A DNA stretch of 63,853 bases, filler included, from Reticulomyxa filosa (taxonomy: Eukaryota > Protista > Foraminifera): NCBI GenBank assembly GCA_000512085.1. It is 13 parts of 13 records of this genome, joined end to end, with 100 filler letters (N's around TTAATTAATTAA, not from the genome) between each part and the next. Parts side by side here need not be neighbours in the genome. Positions count along the whole stretch, not along the records: positions 33,795 to 41,127 come from ASPP01001471.1; positions 41,228 to 42,568 come from ASPP01028319.1; positions 42,669 to 46,791 come from ASPP01027317.1; positions 46,892 to 54,056 come from ASPP01001897.1; 9 more parts are not named here. One strand, 5' to 3'. The notes beneath the pieces are model-generated. The model did no database searches. It was not told the DNA's origin and saw only the letters and a list, made by a program, of their open reading frames with translations. Position 1 is the first letter of the stretch; each line of letters starts with the position of its first letter. Position numbers and translations under genes: made by a program. This document shows positions 38,941-50,743 of this stretch, in pieces.

Positions 38941-39783
38941 ATCAACTCCAGTTCTTTTTGTTTCATTCCAATGTACTGTAATTTATCATTTTGAAATAAG
39001 CTGGAAACAGGACAAATGAAGAAAAGGATTAAACAAACGTGCGACTAATTTTGACTTGTCCTTATTCCATTCGCTTTTGCTGTTTGTTGTTTTGAGACCT
39101 TATTTTTTTATTTTTTTTTTCTAGTATTTCTAGTGAAATTCTTTGTTCTCATTGGTGTTATCTTGCCGCACAATTTTTTTTCCAATTTTTTTTATTTTCT
39201 TTATTTATTTTATTTTATTTCTTTTTTTTTTTTTTAACTGTAAAGTAGATTTTTTGTTTGTGTTCTAGTGTTGATACCAAAAAAAAAAAAAAGTAATAAT
39301 ACAAATAAAATGAAATAAATGAATAAATAAAGAAGAAATGGGAGGGACAATCATTTGTAACTTGTTTGTTTCCTCTAGTTCATTTGCACTTGAAGTTGCC
39401 CAGGATCCCGGAACAAAAATCGGTCAAATGAACAATAAAAGGCTGACTAATATATGTGTGTTGGAAATTATACTTGCTGTTATAAGGAAAAATTTTTTAC
39501 TTTTTTTAAAGTTGAGAAATACTTAATGTAAACAATCATTGCTATTTCCTACCCTCACAAGAGGTTTCACAATATCAGTCAATCATTCCAAAAAGTCCAC
39601 TCCATATTTTAAACGCGCAATTCAAGAAAAGAATGCTTTACAAATAAAGAGTTGAATGATCACTGATAGAAATGTATTTCAAAAACCCCCCAACATAAAC
39701 CTTTCCACTTGATCTTATTACAAGCTACTCATAGAACCAATTAAAGCCACTCGAAAGAAAAAAAAAGTTTAAAAACGAATGTC

Positions 39784-40501
39784 TCAAACAAAATGTACTG
39801 AAAACTCTTGTGTGCTGTTGGCACATTCTATTGCAGGCATCAATAAATTTGGCAGGTTTTTGAAGACAACCCCACAGTTTATGTCATCAATGAAAAAGGA
39901 ACATGACTTATTCTTTTTATCGATCTCAAATTTATATCGATTTTGAAAATTAACTATTTTACCAGCTTGGGATACTGCTTCTTGAACCCGTTCGATTTGT
40001 TTAAGGCTGACATCATGGAGAACTGTGCCGACCGGTTGATTGGTAAAATATATCGAACAGCCGTTGTTTTCGTTGATAAAATTCTTCCAATTTTTTTACC
40101 AAGGGTTGTTTATTTGCTTCATTTACAGCTACAAAACCTACATTCCAATAATGTGCAAGCCCTCCATGGAGATGTACTTCCCAAGCGAAAAATTTATTGC
40201 TCTCCCTTTCACCTAAATCTGTTAAATCGATTACATAATCTACACAAACTATTCCAACCCCCGAACATGTCAATTTTATGCGATTCGTTTCAATAATACT
40301 TATTGTGCCTCCACAAGGCTCTATTAAAAATTTTTCGGGTGAGCTTGCATACGCTAACGTTATTTTGGTAAGATCGTTATTCCATCTGTTTGGAAAGCGT
40401 AAACTTCTATTATTTGTCCACTCCCTCAAGAAATGCTGTAGAAAAAACGCAGAATCCTTATTATTTGGCTTTTGAATATCATTATCTCGGGCTAGTTGCA
40501 T
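39784..40501 (-). CDS. SPRY/B30.2-like domain protein, two exons
   Basis: KFFAWEVHL, WNVGFVA, then after an intron FEIDKKNKSCSFFIDDINCGVVFKNLP..LMPAI; TGA at 39784. Confidence 0.65.
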
Positions 40502-41127
40502 TTTACTGAATTTATTAAGTTAGGGAGCCAGAACCAATTTTTTCGGAGTTTTTAGAAACCAGAAGTATTTAGGTTAATTTATGTAGATATTTGATATTGC
40601 AACTGTTAAGAATTGAAGTCTGTCGTAAATCTTGTTTTTGAAAGTTAATATGCAATGGATGAAGAAAGAGTTTCATGACAGCTTTCCACAATAAAGAAAA
40701 ATCATGTTTTAGAGAATGGAGGCTGTTATTTATTGGGTTTAAAGTTGTCGTTGACTTGTAATTTTGTTATTAACAAAAACTAATCAAAAAAACAAATAAA
40801 ATGTCTGTCAAATATTTGATTGCACAAATGCCTCAATTCATGAACAGACTACAAACAAAGATAAAAAGCAAAAAAAGACAACAAAGACATACACAAAAAG
40901 GAAAATTTGTGTAAAGCTTTGCGATGCACAAACAGGCCCTTTCCTCTCATTCACAAAGTACACAAATTAATAGACCAGCCAAGTGATTTGGGTTGCTTCT
41001 TCTACTTTTTTCACTTTATTTTTGGAAGAGTTAAAACCAAAGAACAAAAAAAAAGAAATGTTCCAAACCCAACCAAACGCAAAAAAAAAAACAACTGTTT
41101 GAAACAATAAGAGCAACATAATAATAT

Positions 41128-41227
41128 NNNNNNNNNNNNNNNNNNNNNNNNNNNNNNNNNNNNNNNNNNNNTTAATTAATTAANNNNNNNNNNNNNNNNN
41201 NNNNNNNNNNNNNNNNNNNNNNNNNNN
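41128..41227. other. Artificial contig spacer
   Basis: N44-TTAATTAATTAA-N44. Confidence 0.98.
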
Positions 41228-41263
<36 letters not shown>

Positions 41264-41329
41264 GTTTGTTTATTTGTTTGATATAAAAAAAAAAAAAAAA
41301 ATTGAAATAAGGTATTGTTTAATAATCAT

Positions 41330-41747
41330 TTACCTGATTCGTCATTGACATTAACACCATCTTTTCAATGACCAGTGAGACATTTCCATTCATTTCCTCC
41401 AAATGTTTTATTAATTCCTCCTCTTTTACATTTTCCTTAAATAATTGCATCAATACTTTTATTTCACGTGAATATTTTTTTGATTCTTTTTCGTTTTGCA
41501 TTCCTCCCAGCATTCTCTTTATATCTCTTTCTTTTTCGCATGCAAGTAAATCAATGTTGCCTTTACGTACAATACACAGCAACACACATTCTCTATCTAG
41601 TACGTATATATCATTTGATTACTTAGCTAAAAAAAAGTGTGATAGATAGTATGTAAAGGGCTTGGAAAACGAATAGCCGTTTGTGTAACTTCCTTTATTG
41701 ATTAATGTTGATGCAAATACCATGTCTTTCTGAACGTATACTGACAT
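41330..41747 (-). CDS. 5' part of a lineage-specific protein with a UBA/CUE-like helical motif
   Basis: ATG 41747 (MSVYVQKD), intron, then YSREIKVLMQLFKENVKEEELIKHLEEMNGNVSLVIEKMV. Confidence 0.5.
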
Positions 41748-42223
41748 TTCACTCCCCTATTTTTAGAAAACCGAAAAACCGAACAAAAAGTAATAACGCA
41801 AATATACTCCAGCAAAAGATGACACAATTAACTGAAAAAGTTATACGCTGAATTAATTAAATTCTTTCAAAGGCAATTTGAAGCTGCAAAGTTCTTTACA
41901 AATCGCAAAAGGATTTAAGATGAAATTATAGTTTTTTTTGTCAATTATTTTTTCAACTGCTTCGCGAGTGCGCAACTCCTAAAAAGTACAAAAAAAAAAA
42001 AGAACACCATTTAATGAACAAGAAGTGTATGCAATGAATATTGTGAAAATTAAAATGAGGTTTTTTTAAAATTTTATTTATTTTTTAAATTTACTTTTTT
42101 TATATTGATCAACTTGCTCTTTTTGTTATTTGTGTGCGAATTTTGTGTTACATTTTATTTTGTATTGAAGATGTAGTAAGAAAAATATATTTGATGAATA
42201 TTAAATTTACAAATTTTAAAAAA

Positions 42224-42568
42224 TTATTTATTTCTGTCTTTTTCAACAAATGGCAAGCAATTGTTGATAGTAAGTGTTATTGCGGTTTCAATCTGAGTGT
42301 ATTTTAAAAGTCTCTTTTCTGCAAAATAAGTACAAAATAAATTAATTTGATTATTGCAGCAACGTCGTTCCATAAATTTGTTTTAGTTTCTTTATATTTT
42401 TGAATATTTTCTTGCTGTATTTTCCATGCTTCAAAGGCCGATAAATGTGTAATAGTTTGATCAACTTTTCCTTGGACAATTTGTAAAATTGCATAGATAA
42501 GATTCAAGTCAATTTGATGATTCCACATAGCACTTATTTGCATAGTTTGTTGGATATACTGATCATAT
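42224..42568 (-). pseudogene. 3' end of a lineage-specific repeat-family gene, frameshifted
   Basis: IDLNLIYAILQIVQGKVDQTI..FEAWK, then in another frame FMERRCCNNQINLFC..TAI..NCLPFVEKD*. Confidence 0.55.
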
Positions 42569-42668
42569 NNNNNNNNNNNNNNNNNNNNNNNNNNNNNNNN
42601 NNNNNNNNNNNNTTAATTAATTAANNNNNNNNNNNNNNNNNNNNNNNNNNNNNNNNNNNNNNNNNNNN
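42569..42668. other. Artificial contig spacer
   Basis: N44-TTAATTAATTAA-N44. Confidence 0.98.
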
Positions 42669-42703
42669 CATTTTAGGTGTCAACTTTACTTTGCATTCTA
42701 CTG
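42669..42703. mobile_element. Terminal inverted repeat end of the Tc1 family seen at 12477/14318
   Basis: CATTTTAGGTGTCAACTTTACTTTGCATTCTACTG|TA matches 14284-14320. Confidence 0.85.
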
Positions 42704-44116
42704 TATTATCATTTCAAACAATATTGAAAAAGTTTGTCGCATTCTGGTTTGCCATTTGTTCTCTCATGTCAGTTATCTCCATATTGATAAATGTGGCAAG
42801 TTATCTGATTTAGTTTTTATGTGTTCAAATAAAAATAATGCGTTTAAAAATTCTTTTTGATTACGTTTTTTTTATTACTAACACAAAGAAATATTCCTTT
42901 ATTGGAATTGTTCTTTGTGATTTCCAAGATTTGTTTCATAATAAATTTGATTGTAATTTTTCCACGTCTGTAATATTGTTGTTTTTTCTAGCTTATTACC
43001 AAAGTCTTTGAATAAACGCATTAAATAATGTTGTTGAATGGATTCGATATAAAGCATATTCTGCATTGATATAGATAAAGCGATACATATTTTCTCTTTT
43101 TTACATTAAGAGTAGTTTTTATTGTCTAAAAAAAAACTTACAATTCAAAAAATGAATCATAATAACACCTCTAAAAAGATTCTAAGAACGTTTGTCATGT
43201 ACTACATATCGGAGGATGTCCAAAAAGCAGTGTCGTTGTCATCTTTATTACAATCAAATGACAATAAAATTTTGATAGACCTACAACATACCAATGTTTA
43301 TTACAAAGTATAGACCAATACATACATATATATATGTACACATATGTGTGTTCATTAGTTGAAGACCGAAAGACAAAGCGTGTGAATAACGACAGATACC
43401 ATAATAGCGACAAAGATAAAAACCATTAATTCTTGCGTGGGAACCGCAAATCGAATTTACAAATGCAATTTACATTTTTCAAAATAAAATGAGAAAATTG
43501 TATGAAGAAATAGAGTTGCGACGCGCTTGTGCACGTAGTCTATTGTTTCAAATAGAATTATCCTTTTTTTCTTTCTTTGAAACTTTTGAAAACTTTTTGC
43601 AATAAAATTGTTTGTGGTAATCTAAGAAAGTGTGTTTATCTCTTAATCAAAGACAGGAAAAATATATTCTTGACCCTGACCTATCAGATTTAAATAACGT
43701 CTTAAATGTACATATTCTCTGGAATGTTGGCGACAAAACGTCTAGATTCTAGATAGTTGCATAAATTTAATTTTCTGATAAAATAAATTGACCTGTTGTT
43801 ATCGTAAAATCAATTTTTATGTGCAGATTTGAAAGTTTTGCATTATGTTGTCGCTCATTTAGTAATGTTTTTGGTTCAAAAAATATACATAACAATTTTG
43901 TTAGAACGTATTTTCTGTAAAGTAACCCATTTGACCCTCTTTATCCAAAAAAGTTTAATTACTTGCTGAAGATAAAAATTTTCCTCAAACACAAATAAAC
44001 ATTTCTGTAAACTGTAAAATAAATTAACGTTTGAGTTGTATCAAATATTCTTTTTTTTTTTGGAAAAAGAGTCGTGTAAGATGATTGGAATGAGATTATA
44101 TAAAAAAAAAAAATTT

Positions 44117-45453
44117 CTATCCACAAATACAGATAGTGCCATTTCTTGAACCATACCACAAATTACGACAAGCATGATTTTTTGATGGTAAAAATTTAAG
44201 ACAACATATTCCATAGTCTCCTTTAACAACATACAATTCATTCTTATTTATTCGAATATCCCAAAAACGAATTGTTCTATCTTCTGATCCAGAACATATT
44301 ACATTTCCATTATTACCAATTTCTATATTACTATTTACAACAAATGGTGAATACTCAACAACATTTACATCGCTTATATGTCCATTAAAAACTTGAATCT
44401 GTTGACCAGATCGAATATCCCATAAACGAACACTATCATCTTTTGATCCAGATAATATTATATTTCCTAATTCATTTGGTCCATATTTTACACTGTGCAC
44501 TATATACTTATGTCCTCTAAATATAATTAATTGTTTAGTTGTTTCAATATCCCATATACGAATAGTAGTATCCCATGACCCAGAACAAATTGTATATCCA
44601 TTACCACCAATTACACCAATATTATTACTCTTGTTGTTGTTATTACTTTGTAATGGTGAAATATCCACACACCTGACACTATGTACATGTCCATCGAAAA
44701 TATGTAATGATTTATATGTTTCAACATCCCATAAACGAATAGTTCTATCACCAGATCCGGAACACAAATATCTACCACCACTAAATGATGAAAATTCAAT
44801 ACCACAAACATTATTGGTATGTTCGTTGAATACTTGTAATTGTTGATTATGTTTGATATCCCAAAAACGAATGGTTTTGTCATTTGATGAAGAGCAAATA
44901 ACATGACGACGATAATTATGATAATGATATGATGAAAATTTCACACAATTTACCCAAGCTGAATGTCCATGGAATGACTGAATTTGTTTATTATTTTCAA
45001 CATTCCATACACAAATTGTTTCATCAGATGATCCAGAACAAATAAATTGATGATCATCATCGAGTATTGAATAATCGATACTCAAAACAGAAGTTATATG
45101 TCCATCAAAACTTTTGAATAACTTGGACGACGAACGAAAGATATTAAATATAAAAACTGTAATTGTCTGTATAAAATATTGTTTAAATGTTTAAATGTAA
45201 AATATTTTAATTTCAATTAATAAAAAAAACATAACATATTTAATAATAATTTTATTGAGATCATGAACCCATCCAAATTTAATTTGTAATATTTGAGTCC
45301 AATGTTTAAGAATTACTTTGATATTTTCTTCTTCTAACTAATTCAACCAAAATACACATACAAATAATAAAAACAATTCTCTAAAAGATTGAACTAAAAT
45401 TTTACCAGTGGTTGTTGCGTTAAAGTTTGTTTTTCATTTTCAAAAGTGGTCAT
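44117..45453 (-). CDS. WD40-repeat protein (lineage-expanded family), apparently intact, 3 exons
   Basis: MTTFENEKQ exon, HWTQILQIKFGW linker exon, about 7 WD repeats (CSGSSDETICVW, GHSAWVNCVKFS, SGSWDTTIRIWD). Confidence 0.92.
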
Positions 45454-46452
45454 CTTTTTTTTCTTTTGAGCCACACAAGATGATGATCAGAGAAAAAACT
45501 ATTTTAAACTTTTTAATATCAAAGCATGAAAGGGGGACGACGTTGCAAAACATAAAAAAATAAATACCAAACATAATTAGCTCTGAAAATATCTTTTAAA
45601 TTGTTCTGAAGAAAATATTGTCATTGGTAGTCTTTTTCAATTCAAAAAACATTCTTCTTTATTCTTTATAAAGTATTTTATGTAAAATTCTGATCTCTTA
45701 TTCCCAACAAACTAAACAATTGAAAACTAATAATTGAACATCATTTTTACCTTTGCCAAATAAAGCAAAGAGGTTGCAAAAAAAAAAATACAAATCATAT
45801 AATACACAATGCATTTCAATATTTTTATTTTCTTGCAGTCTATGTTTAAAAAGACGATGAGCCTAACCTAGTAAAATAATACAAGATGGATTTCCAAATA
45901 AAAAACTAAGCTGGAAGTGGAAAAGTTTATTATCTTAAAGAATCGCATATTCATGCAAACAACCAATTATTATTGGTAGTTTTTTTATTTTTTTTGCAAA
46001 AGTAATTGGTTTGATTTCTGTGGGCTTCTTGTCCATTACCTTAAACATTTTTATTTTTTTATGAGGTATAACTTTTTATGAAGTTCTTATGTTTACTAAT
46101 AAATCAAAAAGTTGCAGGAGAGTGAAAGTCTATGTGAAGCAAGCTCATATGATACATAATCTTTTTGTGATGTTTCACAAAAAATATTTTAAAAATTTAA
46201 ATTTAATTGTTGAATTTTTTTAAGCTACAAAAGATACAAGTCTAATTTTTTAAAAGTATCTACGTGACTTGAAGATTTCTAAAAAAGAAACAAAAGATTT
46301 TAAAATTTCATATAGAACAACGACCACGATTCAGTTCAATTAACCTTAAAAAAAGGAATGAACTTAAGCTTATCAATGGAAGTTATGTTTAAGTTGTCTT
46401 TAGGTCTTTATTCTTTATTGTTTATTATCATTTTTGCTTTACGGTTGAAACA

Positions 46453-46791
46453 GTTAAAAGAAGATATCCAAATAATTATTCAGTATTGGATTCGAATATT
46501 AAATATTAAATTAGTATGGGTCAAAGAATTTGACAAATTTATTGCTAATTATGTTAGGTTATTTATTTTCTCTTTCATTTAGTTCAATAAAATTTCCAAT
46601 ATTTATTAACACAGGTATCTACAATCTTCATGTTTGACATCTTTCGCTCATCATCCAAATTACTTAAAACCTTCATTTATCATAAAAAAAATGTGTCGAG
46701 TTTTGACTATTCAGAATTTGATAATAGTCAATTCATTTGTTCTGGATCAATTGATAAAACAGTTTGTGTATGGGATTTTGATAACAACAAA
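46453..46791 (+). CDS. 5' fragment of another WD40-family gene, possibly a pseudogene, cut by contig end
   Basis: EDIQIIIQYWIRILNIKL.W..FDKFI linker exon; FRSSSKLLKTF..CSGSIDKTVCVWD. Confidence 0.75.
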
Positions 46792-46891
46792 NNNNNNNNN
46801 NNNNNNNNNNNNNNNNNNNNNNNNNNNNNNNNNNNTTAATTAATTAANNNNNNNNNNNNNNNNNNNNNNNNNNNNNNNNNNNNNNNNNNNN
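46792..46891. other. Artificial contig spacer
   Basis: N44-TTAATTAATTAA-N44. Confidence 0.98.
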
Positions 46892-47526
46892 ATAAGGTGG
46901 CATTTTAGGTGTCAACTTTCTTTTTTATCTTAATGACGAAATGCTAAAGAGCGTCAATTGCTGCTTAGAAAATAAAGAGAATTATATTTTCCGTCAAGAT
47001 AATGCAACATGCCATAAATCGGAAAAAATTATGAAATAGTTAAACAAAAAAATAAAAATAATTGATTTTCCTCCAAATTCACCTGATTTAAATCCAATTG
47101 AAAATCTTTGGTGGATAGTAAAGACAATGATTCATAAAAAAGGACGAACTTTGGATCCAATTCGAAACAAAGTGGTAAAAAATAGAAACAAACATTTTTG
47201 AAACCTTAATAAAGTCGATGCCAAAGAAAATACACCAGTTAAAAAAGCCAAATGATATATAACACGTTGGTAAACTTAAGTTAAATTCTAAAAAACAAAT
47301 CTTATCAACTCAGGCGACCTCAAAAATTTTTTTAAAGTAAATGAAAGATTAAAATTTTTGAAAAAATTGTAAATACTTATAAAAAACCAAAATGCATTTA
47401 AAAACTACACTATTCGTGTATCTTTTTTTAAAAAAATTTTGATTAAATATAATTTTTTCATGTAGAAACACAATAATCTATATAATATTATATTTTAGTT
47501 GTCAACTTTCTTTTTTATCATAATGT
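46892..47526 (+). mobile_element. Decayed Tc1-like transposon, 3' part of the transposase plus terminal repeat
   Basis: IFRQDNATCH..*..FPPNSPDLNPIENLW (second Asp to Glu spacing of 33 here, DD34E-class); TIR-like TTTTAG(G/T)TGTCAACTTTCTTTTT at 46903 and 47493. Confidence 0.9.
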
Positions 47527-47569
47527 ATATATGTTGTATTCCTTTTTTTTTAACCTTTGTATTTGAATA

Positions 47570-48546
47570 TTACAAAGATCGAATTATTCTAGGTATCATT
47601 TGTCGAAATGTGATCCCAATTCTAGGTTGTTTAACTTTCAATCGTTTCGGCAAAGAATGATACCAAAAGACATTAGTAGGATGATTGATAACTAACAACG
47701 ATCCGGAAACAACTTCGATCTTAACTTCAGTGATTGCATCGTCATCAAACTTTGTATCATCTCCTTTTTTTCGTTGTTGTCGCGAATAATGTTTGAACAA
47801 AAAGTCCCTAGTCGCCCCCAAAGACACCATAGCAATTGGGGACTGTGGCACCAAGTCATTGTCACTATCCCGATGGTACCCAATATAGTCTTTTCCATCT
47901 TTGTATCGATTTACCAAGGCAAAGTTGAAGTCATTTGAAACACCTTTTTTTTTTAACATACAAAAGGCATGTACTAATTTTATAAAAGCATGTATTGTTT
48001 CAAAGGGAATGTGAGGGGGAGGACGCTCTAATGAAAGTTATAAAAAATATTAATTGCCATTGGAAAGCTCATTTGCGATAGTGGTTTGTAGTTTGTGTTT
48101 AATTTTGAGAAGGACTGGAATCCATGGCTTTGCGGGAACATCGATAGAGCTGAACGCATAACTTATGTTATCATCTCCATAAGCGACTTGTCGACGGGGG
48201 ACCTTTTGCGATTTTCCGAGGACCTTTATTGCACTTGCTTCATCACTATTGTACAACACATTCTTTTCCATTTCGTCCCAAAGTTCAGACAATTCTTTTC
48301 GTCAGAATAAAAGTTAGGATAGTAATCCAAGTCTAAATCTTTTTCGCGTATCTTTACTTTCCCATTGCCGTCCAAACACTTGCTTAGCTCTCCAAGACTG
48401 TAGCACTTACTGCCCTTCGACACTTTCCTTGTTCGCTTTTTCTTTGTTGTCACTACTGTGTCAGATGGCTCTTCGGCTGGCAATTGCCGTTTTTGCTTCT
48501 TCGAAGATGGAGCGCTCATTTCATCAAGTTTTCGTTTCTTGCTCAT
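47570..48546 (-). CDS. ALKBH2: AlkB homolog 2-like 2OG-Fe(II) dioxygenase (DNA alkylation repair); one intron, one apparent 1-nt frameshift near 48297
   Basis: VPRRQVAYGD, YAFS, KPWIPVL, FNFALVNRYKDGKDYIGYHRD (HxD), SLGATRDFLF, HPTN..WYHSLPKR, RIGITFR; basic NLS-like N-terminus. Confidence 0.92.
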
Positions 48547-48779
48547 TTTTTTTTGATATTTATATTATATTACGTTGCTTTCAAAAGAGCAGTCTGCAAA
48601 AAAAAAACCCCCTTGTTCTTGCTTTATTTTTTTTTAACTCTAAGCAAAATTTCTTCTTTTTTTTTTTGGAAATAAAAAAAAGACTCAGGAAAATGTTTTG
48701 AATAGCCTTTCCAGTACTGCAAGGGGGGTTTCCACTTTCCATAATTAAAAAAAAAAAAATTGACGTCGAGTTCATCATA
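48547..48779. promoter_or_regulatory. Probable bidirectional promoter between ALKBH2 and the 2H phosphodiesterase
   Basis: Divergent start codons 233 nt apart; TGACGTC (CRE-like) at 48761 just upstream of the CPDase ATG. Confidence 0.45.
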
Positions 48780-50063
48780 ATGAATCTCCATGGTTATAAT
48801 AGTTCAACATATTCCTTGTGGCTGTTGCCTCCCCCGTCAGTGAGCAATGCCTTGCGTAACCTGATCCATTCGCTAAGTGTGGATAATGGGACGCCAGCGT
48901 TTGAGCCCCACATAACACTGTTGGGTTCGATTGTGATGCCACGAGCGATGATGATATCAAAGTGTGAGGAGATTTGCAAAGAGATAGGCAAGTACCAGCA
49001 GCAGCGACGAGACTTTGCACGTGCAAGACGGCAAGAGCGCAAAGCCTTAAAAAACGAAGAAAACGAAGAAGACGAAGAAGAAGAAGAAAGCATAAACAAT
49101 GACAACATTGATGATGATGATGAGATGTGCATAAAATTGACAGAAATATCGCACAACAACAAGTATTACGAATGCATTTACATGTTAGCGGAGGTGACGC
49201 CGTGGCTGACGACGATACATCAGATCTGTCGCAAAGTGCTGAACGTATGGGACGAGGGAGGGAGCAGACCTTACATGCCGCACTTGTCGTTGGTGTATTC
49301 CGACAAACTCAACGAGAAAGCCCGGAGTCGCATTGTGGACGAGTTGCGACGTGAGAGCTTGTCTATTGCACCGCCACGCAAAGTCGCAAGCAAGTTGGAA
49401 GGACTGCAATTTGTCGTCGACGCCTTTCAGCTCTGGTACACACCGTCGGATAAACACAAAATACACGACTGGGATTTCATTCAAACCTTTCGCTTCCATG
49501 TCGAGTCAACGATTCATAATAATAATAATAATAACAATAATAATAATAATAATAATAATAATGATATCAATGATGATGATGAGGAGGACTCGTTTGTTGG
49601 AGCGGAAGAGTGCTTGGAATGGGCTCGGAACATGACGTGCGGAAAGTATCCGGAACAGTGCACGCTATATCACGACGGGTTGGAATGCGAGTGCTGGTGC
49701 GACTCTGGCCATTGCGAAGACTACGAACAGGGGTTGTGCAATGAACTCGACCATCGCCACATTTGGGTCCTCTTTCACAACGCACGCAAACAAAAACAAG
49801 TCTCTACACAATCCATAACTACAACAACGTCGGATAATCATGTTCATGTCCCTACTTCTTCTTCTTCTTCTTCTGGTTTTAATTGTTTGGACTTGTTTCA
49901 AAAAGTAGATATCTCTTCGTTGTCGTCTTCATCTGCGTCGTCCGGTGGCTTACTCGCTTCCGCTTTGCAACGCAAGTCTTTCGCTCATCCTCCTGCACTA
50001 ACTCCTCAACCTTCTCTTTCTTTTTCTTCTTCTGTTCCTTGGCATCCTATGGACACTTTTTAA
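48780..50063 (+). CDS. 2H-phosphoesterase (cyclic nucleotide phosphodiesterase, CPDase-like) with C-terminal CCCH-like zinc fingers
   Basis: YSLWLLP, FEPHITL and YMPHLSLVYS (two HxT/S motifs), LWYT..W as in plant CPDase; then CLEW..C..C.LYH and CECW..C..C..H. Confidence 0.87.
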   Translation: MNLHGYNSSTYSLWLLPPPSVSNALRNLIHSLSVDNGTPAFEPHITLLGSIVMPRAMMISKCEEICKEIGKYQQQRRDFARARRQERKALKNEENEEDEEEEESINNDNIDDDDEMCIKLTEISHNNKYYECIYMLAEVTPWLTTIHQICRKVLNVWDEGGSRPYMPHLSLVYSDKLNEKARSRIVDELRRESLSIAPPRKVASKLEGLQFVVDAFQLWYTPSDKHKIHDWDFIQTFRFHVESTIHNNNNNNNNNNNNNNNDINDDDEEDSFVGAEECLEWARNMTCGKYPEQCTLYHDGLECECWCDSGHCEDYEQGLCNELDHRHIWVLFHNARKQKQVSTQSITTTTSDNHVHVPTSSSSSSGFNCLDLFQKVDISSLSSSSASSGGLLASALQRKSFAHPPALTPQPSLSFSSSVPWHPMDTF

Positions 50064-50743
50064 ATTTTTTTTATAGTCTTTTGAATCAATGTTCCATATC
50101 ATCTTCTTTTTTTTTTTTAGCTATGGTGTATAATTATAAGTTTATGCTATCACAATCATCTCATTTGCTCGTGTTGTTGCATCACTCGCAAGATTTTGTT
50201 AATTACTGTCAGAGAAAACTCTCCTTTCGTCACGAATTTCTCCTTTTTTTTTGTCACTATTCACACTGCAAAAGTTCATTGGAACTTTGGTGTCCCTTTA
50301 TTAATATTATCCTACACAACAGCACTTCCCTAAACTCTCTGTTTTGACGCAAATCTCATTCATTTTGTTATCTTCAATTAGATTCAGTCTATATGTAGTC
50401 TGCTAACTGAATTAACGTTTACACTCTTCAAACACGTTTTTCAAAAAAAAAATTCTATCTGCTTCAAATATAGTGCAGCGTCATTAAATTTTTTTTTTTC
50501 CCGACCATCAAATGCATTTACTGCTGCGTCTTTTTCAGTTTTTACAATCATTCCAAAAAAAAAAAAATTGATTATTTCCTCTATTAGAAAAAGAAGCGTA
50601 TGTGCTGATCCAAACAGCACGTGCTTCTAGAAACTGTAAGAGAGTGTTCCACGAAGAACTGGGAGTTGTTCGTAGTTTTTTTTTTCCCGCTTGAAAGAAA
50701 AACACCTTTTTTTTAAAACGAAAGAAAGGAAATAAAAGCGACA

